Shown here: positions 12,192 through 23,101 of the stretch, one piece after another
How the letters are laid out: each line of letters starts with the position of its first letter
Position numbering within the stretch: position 1 is the stretch's first letter
Source: an uncultured Planctomycetota bacterium
GTDB taxonomy: Bacteria > Planctomycetota > Planctomycetia > Isosphaerales > Isosphaeraceae
NCBI GenBank assembly: GCA_963737655.1
Contig: CAVTTN010000002.1
Span: 6,720,001-6,784,000, forward strand
DNA length: 64,000 nt
Direction of reading: 5' to 3'
The notes under the pieces: model-generated
Told to the model about the DNA's origin: nothing
The model's database searches: none
What the model saw: the letters and a program-made list of their open reading frames with translations, nothing else
Program-made: the position numbers and the translations under genes

Positions 12192-12785
12192 TCAGCCCCG
12201 GCCGATCGACGGGGGGTGCCTGGCGGGGAGGGCCCGGAGCAGGATCGCGGCGAGCGCGATGAGGAGGACCAACGCCGGGCCGAGCCGCCGGGCGGCCGCG
12301 ACGGCGACGAGGCCGGGGGCTTCGACCAGGGGCCGCGACACCGTGTCGGCGGACGAGGCCAGGCCCCGGGCTCCGTCGAGGAAGGGGTCGGGGTCGGCGA
12401 GGAAGGCGGCCAGGGCGGCCGAGACCGCCAGGGCGCCCTCGTGTTTCCAGACGAACTCCAGCCCGGCGTCGCCCCGCCGGGCGACGACCGCCATCAGCTC
12501 GTCGGTGCGGCCGATCCGCGCCAGGGCGCCGGAGTCGGCCAGCGCCGCCAGACGCCGGGCGTTCGCCGGCCCCAGCGATTCCAGGGCCCGCCGACCGGCC
12601 GGGCCGAGGGCCGAAGGCACGACGAGGGCGGCTCGACGGGCCGCCGCGACCCCGACGCCCAGGGACCGGCTCGCCACCTTCGCGGCGGCTGATCCGGAGG
12701 GGCCGAGGCGGCGGGCGGAGGCCTTGGCGGCCTCGCGGGCGATCGTCCCGACCCCGGCCTCGGATAGAGCGGTCCCGAACCGCAT
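12192..12785 (-). CDS. Hypothetical protein with C-terminal hydrophobic segment (start uncertain)
   Basis: Protein-like composition (ELMAVVARRGDAGLEFVWKHEGALAVSAALAAFLADPDPFLDG) and TM-like tail. Confidence 0.5.
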   Translation of the reverse strand: MRFGTALSEAGVGTIAREAAKASARRLGPSGSAAAKVASRSLGVGVAAARRAALVVPSALGPAGRRALESLGPANARRLAALADSGALARIGRTDELMAVVARRGDAGLEFVWKHEGALAVSAALAAFLADPDPFLDGARGLASSADTVSRPLVEAPGLVAVAAARRLGPALVLLIALAAILLRALPARHPPSIGRG

Positions 12786-12789
12786 GATC

Positions 12790-13617
12790 GCAATCGCCAG
12801 CAGGATTGCCTCGACGGTGGAGAGACGACGAGCGGGCGAGCACGCCCGCCCTGCGGGCCTCGGAACGACGGCGGGCGAACTGGCGGAGCCTCGGGCCCAG
12901 GCCGGGCGCGGAAGTTGTGCCCTCCAGGGTCGCGCGCATCGCCGCGAGGACGGCCGACGATGCCGATCGCGCGAGGTCGGCGCGGGGGTCGCCCAGTCGC
13001 GACAGCTCGGCGGCGACCAGGCGGTCGACCGCGGCCCCGGCGGCCTGGCCCACGCCGAGGGTCGCCAGCGGCGAGGCGGTCAGCAGGCCGGCCCGGACGC
13101 CGACCCCAGGGCGGCCCGGCCCAGCGCCTCGCCCAGCGCCAGGGCGGCCAGGGTCGACGCCGCGTCCCGGCCGAACGACGCGATCGCCAGGGTTGACGCC
13201 CGAGACGTCGCCGCGGCCAGCTCGGCGTGGAGCCCGGCCACGTGGATCGGTGGGAGGGCCGGCGAGGGGACGTCCAGGTCGGCCCGGAGCCGGGTCGCGA
13301 GGTCGGCCTCGGCCGACTCGACGGCGACGGCCGAGTCGATCCTCGATCGCACCTCGGCCGGGTCGAGCAGCTCCTCGGCGGCCACGCGGTCGAGGAAGGC
13401 GGTGTGGCGGCCCGAGCCGGCCAGGGGGATAGGGTCCAGGGCGAGCCGCCAGTGGCCGCCCGGGCCCTGGGCCCGGGCGGCGAAGGCCGGGGCGCGGCGG
13501 GCGGCGTGGTCGAAGGTCGCGGCTAGGCGGGAGAGTTGGGCGTCGATCGCGGGGCCGCGGGCGGGCGGCCGGGCGGACAGCACTCCCGCGACTCGACGGA
13601 GGTCAAGGCCGCCCATG
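12790..13617 (-). pseudogene. Hypothetical helical protein, apparently frameshifted near 13085
   Basis: Protein-like stretches in ORF 13080..13805 (FLDRVAAEELLDPAEV...EADLATRLRADL) continue in ORF 12187..13053 (GAAVDRLVAAEL...). Confidence 0.35.
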
Positions 13618-13738
13618 CCCGGGACCGTGGCCAATGCCGTCGATCGGAGGCCCTCGGCGGGGAAGTCCACCGACCCGGAGGTCTCTGCGAGCCGGGGCGG
13701 TCGCGCCCGGTTGCGACCGCCGGGGATTCCTGGGAAGA

Positions 13739-13771
13739 TCGCTTCAGGTTTCGCCCCTCGACGGATAGAGA
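13739..13771 (+). promoter_or_regulatory. Putative ECF-dependent promoter (TCAG-N15-GGATA) upstream of the ECF gene
   Basis: 23/33-nt ungapped match to 22593-22625 (minus strand), upstream of the neighbouring surface-protein gene. Confidence 0.55.
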
Positions 13772-13780
13772 CTGCCGGTG

Positions 13781-14407
13781 ATGCCCGATCGGGACCACGA
13801 CCCACATTCGACGAAGGCCAGCCTCCTCCTTCGCATCCGGGACCACGGCGACTCGGCCTCCTGGGCCGACTTCGTCAGCGTCTACGCCCCGCTGATCCGT
13901 GGCTATTGCCGTCGGAAGGGGCTCCAGGAGGCGGACTCGGCCGACGTGGAGCAGGAGGTCCTCGCCCAGGTCGCGCGCTCGATCGCCGCCTTCGAGTACG
14001 AGCCCGGCCGGGGCCGGTTCCGCGACTGGCTGGGCAAGGTCACGCGGAGCAAGATCGCCCGGTTCCAGGAGAAGGCGGCGAGGGGCGGGCGGGCCGTGGG
14101 AGGGGAGGACTCGGGCGCGATCATCGACCGGATCGACGGCCCGGCGGAGGACCCCGAATGGACCTCCGCGTTCCACTCCCGCGTCCTGGACGTCGCCCTG
14201 GACCGGGTCCGCCCGGGGTTCGAGCCCTCCACCTGGTCGGCCTTCTCCGGGGTGTGGTCCGAGGGCCGTCCGGCGCCCGAGGTGGCCCGGGCCCTGGGCC
14301 TGACGATCGACTCGGTCTACGCCGCCAAGTTCCGGGTGCTCAAGCGCCTCCGCCAGGAAGTCCTGACCCTGGCCGACGACCTGCCGTCGGCCCCGTTCTC
14401 GGCGTGA
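13781..14407 (+). CDS. ECF-type sigma-70 factor
   Basis: STKASLLLRIRD...SWADFVSVYAPLI...DSADVEQEVL...GRFRDWL...EVARALGLTIDSVYAAKFRVLKRLRQE, typical of planctomycete kinase-associated ECFs. Confidence 0.92.
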   Translation: MPDRDHDPHSTKASLLLRIRDHGDSASWADFVSVYAPLIRGYCRRKGLQEADSADVEQEVLAQVARSIAAFEYEPGRGRFRDWLGKVTRSKIARFQEKAARGGRAVGGEDSGAIIDRIDGPAEDPEWTSAFHSRVLDVALDRVRPGFEPSTWSAFSGVWSEGRPAPEVARALGLTIDSVYAAKFRVLKRLRQEVLTLADDLPSAPFSA

Positions 14408-14435
14408 GGCCCCACGCCCCGGAGGCCGTCCCGCG

Positions 14436-17354
14436 ATGACCACCTGCCCCGCGACCGAGATCCTCGGCGCCCTGATCGGGGGCGACCTCCCGCCGGACCT
14501 GGCCTCGACGGTCCGGGCTCACGTGGAGGGCTGCCCCGAATGCCTGGGGACCCTGGACCGATTGACCGACGACCCGGAGCTGGCCTCGTGGATGGCCGAG
14601 GGGTCCGGCGAGCGCGCGACGCTCCCAGGGGCCGGCCCCGAGGCGGCCGCCCCGGCCCCCCTGCCCACGGCGATCGGCCCCTACGCGATCGAGGCCGAGG
14701 TCGGCCGCGGAGGGATGGGCGTGGTGTACCGGGCCCGGGACCCGGCGATGGGGCGGGTCGTCGCCCTGAAGGTGCTCCGGGCCGAGGGGATCGACCGGGC
14801 GGCCCGCGAGCGGTTCGTGAGAGAGGTCCGCGCCCTGGCCCGGGTCGAGCACGACCACGTCGTCCGGGTGTATACGACGAGCGGCCCGGACGAGCCGGTG
14901 GCCTACTTCGCGATGGAATACCTCGCCGGCCCGAGCCTGGCCGAGGAGGTCCGCGACCGGGGGCGGATCGACCCGAGGCGGGCGGCCCGGGTCGTGGCCG
15001 AGGTCGCCTCGGGGCTGGCGGCGGCCCACGCCTCGGGCCTGGTCCACCGCGATGTGAAGCCGGCCAACGTCCTGTTCGACGCCTCGGGCCGCGCCAAGGT
15101 CGGCGACTTCGGGCTGGCCCTCCTGGAGGGCGAGGCCTCGGGCCTGACCCGCGACGGGGTGATCGCCGGGACGCCCGCCTACCTGAGCCCCGAGCAGGCC
15201 CGGGGCGGGGCCGCCGACGCCCGGTCCGACGTCTACGCCCTTGGCGTGACCCTCTACGAGTGCCTGGCCGGCGAGAGCCCCTTCCGGGGGTCGCCGCACC
15301 GGGTCGTCCACCAAGTCCTCCACAACGAGCCCTTGCCCCCGCGGACGTTCCACGAGTCGATCCCGCGCAACCTGGAGACGATCGCGCTGAAGGCGATGGC
15401 CAAGGAGCCCGATCGCCGCTACCGGTCGGCCTCGGCCCTGGCCGACGATCTCGGTCGCTGGCTCGGCGGCGAGCCGATCGCGGCGCGGCCGGTCGGGACG
15501 ATCGAGCGGATCTGGCGGTCGGCCCGGAGGAGGCCGGCGGTCTCGGCCCTGGCCGCGGCCCTGGGGGCGGCGGTCGTGGCGGGGTTCGCCGGGGTCTCCT
15601 GGCAGTGGCGGAGGGCCGAGGCCAACGCCCGAGAGGCCAACGGCTATCTCCGCAAGACCCTCGAATCGGTGGACGCCTACTTCGTCAAGGTCAGCGAGAG
15701 CCGCCTCCTGGACGTCCCCAACCTCCAGCCCCTCCGCCGCGACCTCCTCGCCGCGGCCCGCGACTATTACGAGGCCCTCCTCCGCGACCGGCCGGGGGAC
15801 CCCGCCATCCGCCTCGACCTGGCCCGGGCCCGGGCCCAGCTCGCGGTGGTCGTCTCGACCGTCGGCACGGTCGATGAGGCGATCGGCCTGTTCCGGCAGG
15901 CGCTCTCGGAATTCGACCGGATCGTCGAGCGCTCCCCCGACGACCCGGCCGCGCGGTTCGCCCGGCTGTTCTGCCTGATCAACCTGGCGAAGGTGCAGAT
16001 CGGCAGCGCGCGATACGAGGACGCCCGAGCGACCTATCTCCGGGTCCTGGACGAGGCCGGGCCCCTGCGCCGCCTCCGGCCCGGGGCCGACGAGCCCCTC
16101 AAGGCGATCTACTCGGCCCGCCACGGCCTGGGCACGGTCGCCCTGTACCTCCGCGGCGACCTGGACGCCGCCATCGCCGAGTACGAGCGGGCGCTGGCGA
16201 TCAACCAGGAGCTGCTCGCACGCAAGCCGGACGACCGCGACTACCTGCGGAACGTCTCGAGGACGGCCGGGATGCTGGTGAACCCCTACGAGGGGAAGGG
16301 CCGGACCGCCGAGTCCCGCGCGGCGCTCGACCGGAGCTATGGGGCGACCCGGCGGCTGGTCGCCGAGCATCCCGAGGCCCAGGATTACCGGTTCGCCCTG
16401 GCGGCCCTGGAACGCTCCTACGCCCTGATCCCGTTCGCGCAGGCCACGGCGCTCCACGGCGCCGCGGCGATGGCGAAGATGGACGAGGCCCGGCAGCCCC
16501 TGGGCCGGGCCCTGGCCCTGGACCGCGACCTGGTGCGGGAGAACCCGCGGGTGGCCGTCTACCGCACCGACTTCCTCGGGTTGCTGTGGATCGCCGCCGC
16601 CCTGGAGTCGGCCTCGGGGCGGAACGACCGGGGCCTGGAGTTCCTGCGCGAGGCCCGCGAGGCCGCCTCCCCGGAGGTCGATCCGGACGCCCAGATGGGC
16701 TTCGATCGTCCGACCCAGGCGGCCATCCTGGGCACGACGGCGGTCGTCCTCGCCGAGGAGGGGCGAGCGGGCGAGGCCCGGCCGTTCCTGGACCAGGCCG
16801 ATCGCATCCTCGCCTCGCTCACGAAGGCGGAGCGGACGGCCTCCGCCCACATCGGGCCCCAGGCGATGATGGCCGCCTGCTACCGGGGGCAGATCCTCCT
16901 CGAAGCGGGGGACCCGGCCGAGAGCCTCCTGGCCTGGGACCGGGCATGCGAGCTGGCCCCCGCGCCCTGAGGCCCCTGATCGAATTCTTCCGGGAGATGT
17001 CCCGCGCCGAGGCCGCCCGAGGCCCCGACCCCGACCCGAAGCGGGCCCTGGCCGTGGCCCCCCTGGTCGATGCCATCTCCGCCGGGCAGCCGGTCCCCGG
17101 CGTCACGAACGTCTGGTACGCGAGGGTCCACGCCCTGGCCGCGTCCGTCGCCCCCGAGCCCCTCCGCCCGCGAGGCGCTCGACGCCCGGGCCGTCTTCCG
17201 CCTGGAGAAGGCGCGCGACGCCGGCCATTTCCGGGTCCCCGGCCGCACGGCCCGGGTCGATTCCGATCCCGCCTTCGCGCGGCTCCGCGACCGCGAGGAC
17301 TACCGAGGGTTCCGCAAGGCCCTCGGGGACCGGGCCGGCCGAGGCGATCGGTAG
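14436..17354 (+). CDS. Ser/Thr protein kinase with N-terminal HxxxCxxC motif, TM segment and TPR-like repeats (C-terminus frameshifted)
   Basis: HVEGCPEC, GRGGMGVVY, HRDVKPAN, DFGLA, GTPAYLSPEQ. ORF stops at 16970 but protein-like sequence continues in two other frames to ...DSDPAFARLRDREDY..., stop 17354. Confidence 0.88.
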
Positions 17355-17504
17355 CCGCTCCCGACGGGGTCGCGGAGGCCGCCCGAAGGATCGCGATCGG
17401 GCCAGCCGGGACGAGACCATCGACTGGACGGCGGCCCCGCCCCCCGAAGTCTCGGGGGGCGGGGCCGCGCGGGGCCGGGGTCAGAAATGGAGCCGAGCGG
17501 CCGA

Positions 17505-18194
17505 TCACGCCGCCGATCGGCGCCGGCGGGCCCAGGCCGTGGCGGCCGAGAGGCCCAGGACGAGCATCGTCGCGCTGGCCGGCTCGGGGACGCCCTGGAG
17601 GGTCACGACCGGCGGGCCGATCAGGAATCCCGCCTCGCCGCCCGGGAAGGCCCGGCCCGGGTCGCTCGCGTAGGTGTTGATGAACGGCGACGGCCCCGTG
17701 ATGTCCGTGCTCAGGAGCGTGTCGGCCGAGCTCGGGTCGGTCGTGGGCAGAGCGAAGCCCGAGCTGTCCAGGATCGAGAACGAGAAGTTGTCGGGGGCCG
17801 GCGCGTTCGCCGCGGTCGTCAGGACGACGCGGAAGGTCAGGATGTCGCCGGGCGTGAAGGTCTGGTTGAAGTCGGTCAGCGGGGCGGAATCGACGAGCGT
17901 GACCCCGGAGGTCAGGCTCCCGGTCGCCCCGCCCGTCAGGCCGGGCGAGCCGGTGGCCGCGCCCCCGGTTCCCAGGCCGATCCGGGTGATCGTGGCGGTG
18001 TCGGTGTTGGGGCTCCCGCCGATGGCCGTCAGCGTGAAGTCGATCGCGTAGGGGGCGCCTCCGGCGTTGGCCTGGAGGGGCGTGGTGTCCAGGGTCACGT
18101 CGAAGACGTAGTCGGCCCGGCTCGCGGCGGGCAGGGCGGCCATCAGGGCGAGGCCCAACAGACAGCGGGGGAAGATCGATCGCGGAGTGCTCAT
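17505..18194 (-). CDS. PEP-CTERM sorting-domain protein (NF038129-like), paralog of 10292..11071
   Basis: ...ASRA|DYVFDVTLDTTPL...DFNQTFTPG...APDNFSFSILD...VPEPASATMLVLGLSAATAWARRRR. Confidence 0.9.
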   Translation of the reverse strand: MSTPRSIFPRCLLGLALMAALPAASRADYVFDVTLDTTPLQANAGGAPYAIDFTLTAIGGSPNTDTATITRIGLGTGGAATGSPGLTGGATGSLTSGVTLVDSAPLTDFNQTFTPGDILTFRVVLTTAANAPAPDNFSFSILDSSGFALPTTDPSSADTLLSTDITGPSPFINTYASDPGRAFPGGEAGFLIGPPVVTLQGVPEPASATMLVLGLSAATAWARRRRSAA

Positions 18195-18334
18195 GACGGG
18201 ACGGGCTCCGGTCCGGGAAGGGGTCCGATCGGGGTGCGGGATGTCTCGGGTTAGTCGGGCCTCCGGGGGAGGGCCGCCCTCAGGCGCCCCTCCCCGGAAA
18301 GTCGCGCCTCGGGGGCGGCCCCGAGGGCCGAGGG

Positions 18335-21300
18335 TCAACGGGCCCCCGCTCCGGCCAGGACTCGGGCGGAGTAGGTGATCGGGCTCACGAGGCCCGGGTC
18401 GTTGAACTCCAGGTAGATCGTCACGCTCTGGCCGGCGCCCGGCGCATTCCCGGCGCCCAGGGGCACGTTGAAGTACGGGCTGCCGGCCTGGCCCACCTGC
18501 TGGGTGGTCCCGCTGGCGTTCACGAGCGTGGCGTGGGTCAGGTCGTCGAGCACCAGAGAGACCGGGCCGGCGATCGCCGAGCCCGAGGTGTTCTTGATCG
18601 TCACGGCCTGGAGGAAGTGGCCGGTCTTCTTGTTGTAGGCGAATCCGCCCCGCGTGAAGGCGACCTCGGAGGTCACGTCCTGGGTGACGCCCAGTAGGAG
18701 GTCGTTCGCCTCGTAGGTGCTGGTCATCGTCTCGCCGTTGGAGAGCGTGGGGAGGATCTTGGTGGCGAAGTCGCCGACCCTCGAGCCGAAGGTCAGGGGC
18801 CGGAAGCCGTCGGAGGGCCCGGGGTTGTCATTGTTGATCGTGACGACCCGGAGCGTCCCGTCCAGGGTGGCGACCCCCATCACGGCCAGGCGGTCGTACT
18901 GCGTCCCGACCGAGGTCCCCGCCAGACGGATGAACAGCGTGCCGCCGGGGCCCTGGGCGTAGTTGCCGTTCACGGTGAGGATGCCCGTATTCGCGAGAGG
19001 GCTGGACGGGGCGACCGTCGCGGCGGTGTTCGCGACGTCGGAATGGACGGTCCCGGGGCCGTAGAGGCCGCCGCCGTTGAGGGCCACGCCGGAGGCCGTG
19101 AGGGTCCCTCCGCCGAGGATCGTCCCGGACGCGAGGCCCGATTGGGTGTACGCCCCCTGGACGGTCAGCGTGTCGGTCGCGCCGAGGCCCACGCCCCCGG
19201 CGTTGGAGAACGCCCCGGCCGTGGTGAAGTTCCGGCCGTTCTGGAGGAAGAACTGGGCGTTATTGGCGTTGGTGGCGAGGCCCGCCAGCGCGTTCCCGCC
19301 GTTCTGATCGACGATGCCCGAGCCGGGGCCGAAGAGGAAGATCGAGGCGGCGTTCGTCTGGATGTTCGCGCCGGGGAACTGGAGCGTCCCGTAGACGAGG
19401 TAGGTGCCGCCGGTCAGGGTCGTCCCGGAGAAGTTGGAGAAGGGGCCGGTGAGGTCGAGGGTTCCCGTGTCCACCTCGATCGTGCCGGTGTTGCTCAGGG
19501 AGTAGTTGATCGTGGAGGTGCCGGCGCCCGAGGACTTCTTGAGGGTGCCCTCGTTGGTGAAGGTCCCGCCGTAGTAGGAGCGGAGGTAGCCGTCCCCCTG
19601 GAAGTCGAAGGTGGCGCCGGCCTGGTTGTCGATCGCGGCGCCGCCGCTGTAGCCGTAGACCTGGCCGCCGGAGCCGACCAGCGCCACGGTCCCGGCGTTG
19701 GTCAGCGTCCCGGTGAGCAGCTCGTTGTTCGTCCCGTCGATGGTGAGGCCACTGCCGCTGGCGACGGTGACCGAGCCGTCGAGGTATCCGCCGTTCCAGC
19801 GGAACATCCCGGCGGGGAGGTCGAACGTCGCGCCGGCCGCGTCGGTCGCGAGGTGGCCGCTGCTGAGGTAGACGGTCCCGGCGCCCGAGCCGGTCTCGGT
19901 GCCGGCGTAGGTGTAGGTGTTGCCGCCGGTCAGGTCGTAGGCCGCGCCCGACGCGACGACGAACTTGACGCCGGTGGAGGTCCCGCCTCCGGTGGGGGCG
20001 AGCGTGCCGGTATCGACCTCGGCGGTGGCGGTGTTATTGAACGTGAAGCCGACGTTGGAGGTGCCGGCGCCCGAGGACTTCTTGAGGGTGCCCTCGTTGG
20101 TGAAGGTCCCGCCGTAGTAGGAGTGGAGGTAGCCGTCCCCCTGGAAGTCGAAGGTGGCGCCGGCCTGGTTGTCGATCGTGGCGCCGCCGCTGTAGCCGTA
20201 GACCTGGCCGCCGGAGCCGACCAGCGCCACGGTCCCGGCGTTGGTCAGCGTCCCGGTGAGCAGCTCGTTGTTCGTCCCGTCGATGGTGAGGCCACTGCCG
20301 CTGGCGACGGTGACCGAGCCGTCGAGGTATCCGCCGTTCCAGCGGAACATCCCGGCGGGGAGGTCGAACGTCGCGCCGGCCGCGTCAGTCGCGAGGTGGC
20401 CGCTGCTGAGGTAGTCGGTCCCGGCGCCCGAGCCGGTCTCGGTGCCGGCGTAGGTGTAGGTGTTGCCGCCGGTCAGGTCGTAGGCCGCGCCCGACGCGAC
20501 GACGAACTTGACGCCGGTGGAGGTCCCGCCTCCGGTGGGGGCGAGCGTGCCGGTATCGACCTCGGCGGTGGCGGTGTTATTGAACGTGAAGCCGACGTTG
20601 GAGGTGCCGGTTCCCGAGGACTTCTTGAGGGTGCCCTCGTTGGTGAAGGTCCCGCCGTAGTAGGAGTGGAGGTAGCCGTCCCCCTGGAGGTCGAAGGTGG
20701 CGCCGGCCTGGTTGTCGATCGTCGCGGTCGAGCTGTAGCCGTAGAGCTGGCCGCCGGAGCCGACCAGGGCGATCGTCCCGGCGTTGGTGAGCGTGCCTTG
20801 GAGGTAGTCGTTGTTCGTGCCGTCGATCGTGAGCGACCCGGCATTCGTGACCGAGCCGGCGAGGTAGCCGCCGGACCACTGGAACATCCCGGCCGGCAGG
20901 TTGAACGTCGCCCCGGCGTCGCCGGTGGTCAGGGTTCCGCTGCGGAGGATCACCGTCCCGCCGCCCGAGCCGGTCTCGGTCCCGGCGTAAGTGTAGGTGG
21001 TATTGCCCGTCAGGTCGTAGGCCGCGCCCGGGGCCACGATAAACTGGGCGTTGGTGGATGTCCCACTCCCGGTCGGGTCCAGCGTGCCGGTATCGACCTC
21101 GGCGGTCGCGGTGTTGTCGAGCGCGAAGCTGATCGTGGAGGTTCCGGTTCCCGAGGACTTCTTGAGGGTGCCCTCGTTGGAGAAGGTCCCGCCGTAGTAA
21201 TAGCGGAGGTAGCCGTCCCCCTGGAGGTCGAAGGTGGCGCCGGCCTGGTTGTCGATCGTCGCGGTCGAGCTGTAGCCGTAGAGCTGGCCGCCGGAGCCGA

Positions 21301-22390
21301 CCAGGGCCGCGGTCCCGGCGTTGGTGAGGGTGCCGACGAGGAACTCGTTCCCCGTGCCGTCGATCGTCAGCGACCCGGCGTTCGTGACCGAGCCGTAGAG
21401 GTTGCCGCCGCTCCACTGGAAGAGGCCCGACGGGAGATTGAAGGTCGTCGACCCGTTGGCGGGGGTGATCAGGGTCCCGCTGCGGAGCAGGACGGCCCCC
21501 GCGCCCGAGCCGGTCTGCGTGCCGGAGAACGTGTTGGTGGCGTTGCCGGTCAGGTCGTAGATCGCGTCCTTGGCGACCACGAAATGCACGCCGGTGGTCG
21601 TCCCGCCGCCGCCGGGATAGAGCGTGCCGGTATCGACCTCGGCCGTGCCGGTGTCGTTCAGGGTGAAGCCGACGTTGGAGGTGCCGGCGCCCGAGGACTT
21701 CTTCAGCGTACCCTCGTTGGTGAAGGTCCCGCCGTAGTAGTGGTTCAGGTAGCCGTCCCCCTGGAAGTCGAAGGTGGCGCCGGCCTGGTTGTCGATCGTG
21801 GCGCCGCCGCTGAAGCCGTAGACCTGGCCGCCGGAGCCGACCAGGGCCACGGAGTTCGTATTCGTGAGGGTGCCGAAGAGGTACTCGTTCGCCGTGCCGT
21901 CGATGGTCATCGACCCGGCATTCGTGACCGAGCCGTACAGGTTGCCGCCGCTCCAGGAGGACGTGCCGCCGAACGACACCGGGGCGGCGGCGTTGACGGC
22001 CCCGCCGCTGAGGTTCAGGCCGCCGGGCACGGTCGAGGCCGCGTCGATCTGGAGGCCACCGTTGGAGATGGCGATCGTCGTGTTGGCGTTGTCCGTGAGG
22101 TTCTGGATCTCGTTGCTGCTGCCGTTGGTAATTGTCACCGAGCCGGGGCTGGTCAGCTCGATCTCGGCGTTGTTGCTCGCGGAGGGGACGACGCCCTCGA
22201 CCCAATTCGAGGCGGTGTCGAAGTCGCCGCCGGAGGGATGGAGGGCGGCGTTCCAGTGGATGGTCGTGACGGACATCACGACCCGGCCTTCCAGCGATTC
22301 GAGATCGGGCCGGCGTCCTAGTCGGGGGCGGCGCGACGGAAGGGCGAGGGGGCGGCCCGGCAGGGCGCGCCCGAGGAAGCGACGGATCAT
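18335..22390 (-). CDS. Large secreted beta-strand-repeat adhesin-like protein with the shared C-terminal domain
   Basis: RRPDLESLEGRVVMS export motif; five ~180-aa G/T/N-rich repeats; C-terminal DVTSEVAFTRGG...ITYSARVLAGAGAR. Confidence 0.9.
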   Translation of the reverse strand: MIRRFLGRALPGRPLALPSRRPRLGRRPDLESLEGRVVMSVTTIHWNAALHPSGGDFDTASNWVEGVVPSASNNAEIELTSPGSVTITNGSSNEIQNLTDNANTTIAISNGGLQIDAASTVPGGLNLSGGAVNAAAPVSFGGTSSWSGGNLYGSVTNAGSMTIDGTANEYLFGTLTNTNSVALVGSGGQVYGFSGGATIDNQAGATFDFQGDGYLNHYYGGTFTNEGTLKKSSGAGTSNVGFTLNDTGTAEVDTGTLYPGGGGTTTGVHFVVAKDAIYDLTGNATNTFSGTQTGSGAGAVLLRSGTLITPANGSTTFNLPSGLFQWSGGNLYGSVTNAGSLTIDGTGNEFLVGTLTNAGTAALVGSGGQLYGYSSTATIDNQAGATFDLQGDGYLRYYYGGTFSNEGTLKKSSGTGTSTISFALDNTATAEVDTGTLDPTGSGTSTNAQFIVAPGAAYDLTGNTTYTYAGTETGSGGGTVILRSGTLTTGDAGATFNLPAGMFQWSGGYLAGSVTNAGSLTIDGTNNDYLQGTLTNAGTIALVGSGGQLYGYSSTATIDNQAGATFDLQGDGYLHSYYGGTFTNEGTLKKSSGTGTSNVGFTFNNTATAEVDTGTLAPTGGGTSTGVKFVVASGAAYDLTGGNTYTYAGTETGSGAGTDYLSSGHLATDAAGATFDLPAGMFRWNGGYLDGSVTVASGSGLTIDGTNNELLTGTLTNAGTVALVGSGGQVYGYSGGATIDNQAGATFDFQGDGYLHSYYGGTFTNEGTLKKSSGAGTSNVGFTFNNTATAEVDTGTLAPTGGGTSTGVKFVVASGAAYDLTGGNTYTYAGTETGSGAGTVYLSSGHLATDAAGATFDLPAGMFRWNGGYLDGSVTVASGSGLTIDGTNNELLTGTLTNAGTVALVGSGGQVYGYSGGAAIDNQAGATFDFQGDGYLRSYYGGTFTNEGTLKKSSGAGTSTINYSLSNTGTIEVDTGTLDLTGPFSNFSGTTLTGGTYLVYGTLQFPGANIQTNAASIFLFGPGSGIVDQNGGNALAGLATNANNAQFFLQNGRNFTTAGAFSNAGGVGLGATDTLTVQGAYTQSGLASGTILGGGTLTASGVALNGGGLYGPGTVHSDVANTAATVAPSSPLANTGILTVNGNYAQGPGGTLFIRLAGTSVGTQYDRLAVMGVATLDGTLRVVTINNDNPGPSDGFRPLTFGSRVGDFATKILPTLSNGETMTSTYEANDLLLGVTQDVTSEVAFTRGGFAYNKKTGHFLQAVTIKNTSGSAIAGPVSLVLDDLTHATLVNASGTTQQVGQAGSPYFNVPLGAGNAPGAGQSVTIYLEFNDPGLVSPITYSARVLAGAGAR
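19513..21960 (-). repeat. Intragenic tandem repeats, period 537-543 bp
   Basis: Anchor TGGAGGT.CCGG..CCCGAGGACTTCTT recurs at 19513, 20056, 20599, 21136, 21676; the first two units are nearly identical in DNA. Confidence 0.9.
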
Positions 22391-22592
22391 GTCATGCAGA
22401 CTCCGTGTTGGAAGAGGCCCTCGGCGGTACGGCCCGCCTCCGACGACCTCGGTGGATCAGCCCGCAGATCGAGCAGACACTCCGCGTCTCCTGGCCCGGG
22501 ACATCCCTCGCCCCCGGCCCCGACGAGTCCGCGAAATGCGGCCCTCCGTCGTCGGATCGGCTCGACCGGCTCGGAAGGAGCTCGTGCCCCCC

Positions 22593-22625
22593 TCTATATC
22601 CACCGAGGGCGCGGATCTGAGGCGA
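22593..22625 (-). promoter_or_regulatory. Putative ECF-dependent promoter (TCAG-N15-GGATA) upstream of the 22390 gene
   Basis: Same motif and spacing as 13739-13771. Confidence 0.55.
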
Positions 22626-23101
22626 AATTTCGGAGATAATCGCACGTCTTGAGGGAGACCCCCCGCGTCAATCCTCGAACGTCACGCGCCCTTGCCCCGC
22701 CACTCCAACGAGGCCCTGGGTGTACTTGGAGCGGGGAGGAGGCCCCATCCCCAAGATTCACGGGTGGATAGAATGCGACCCGGTCAGCGTCTTTCCCGGT
22801 TCCCGGCGGAATCGCGCGTGGTGGGAGGCCGCCCCGTCTCGTCGCTGGGGATGCGGCCAGGGAATGACCTCTTGGGGGGCAGGAACGCCCTCCTCCCCTC
22901 CCGCCTTCGTCTCCGCTTCCCGCCGGATACTTGGGGTTCAAGCGAAGGTGAAGGCGCGGGTGACCCCGATTGCGGAGCCGGGGCCAACCCCGGTTCACGG
23001 CTTCGCGCCGACGGATTCCGCGGAATGAAGCGTTCACGGCCAGAACGCGGATATTGAGGTGCGGGGCAGGCCGAGAGGGGAATCGAAAGCCTGGGATCGA
23101 A

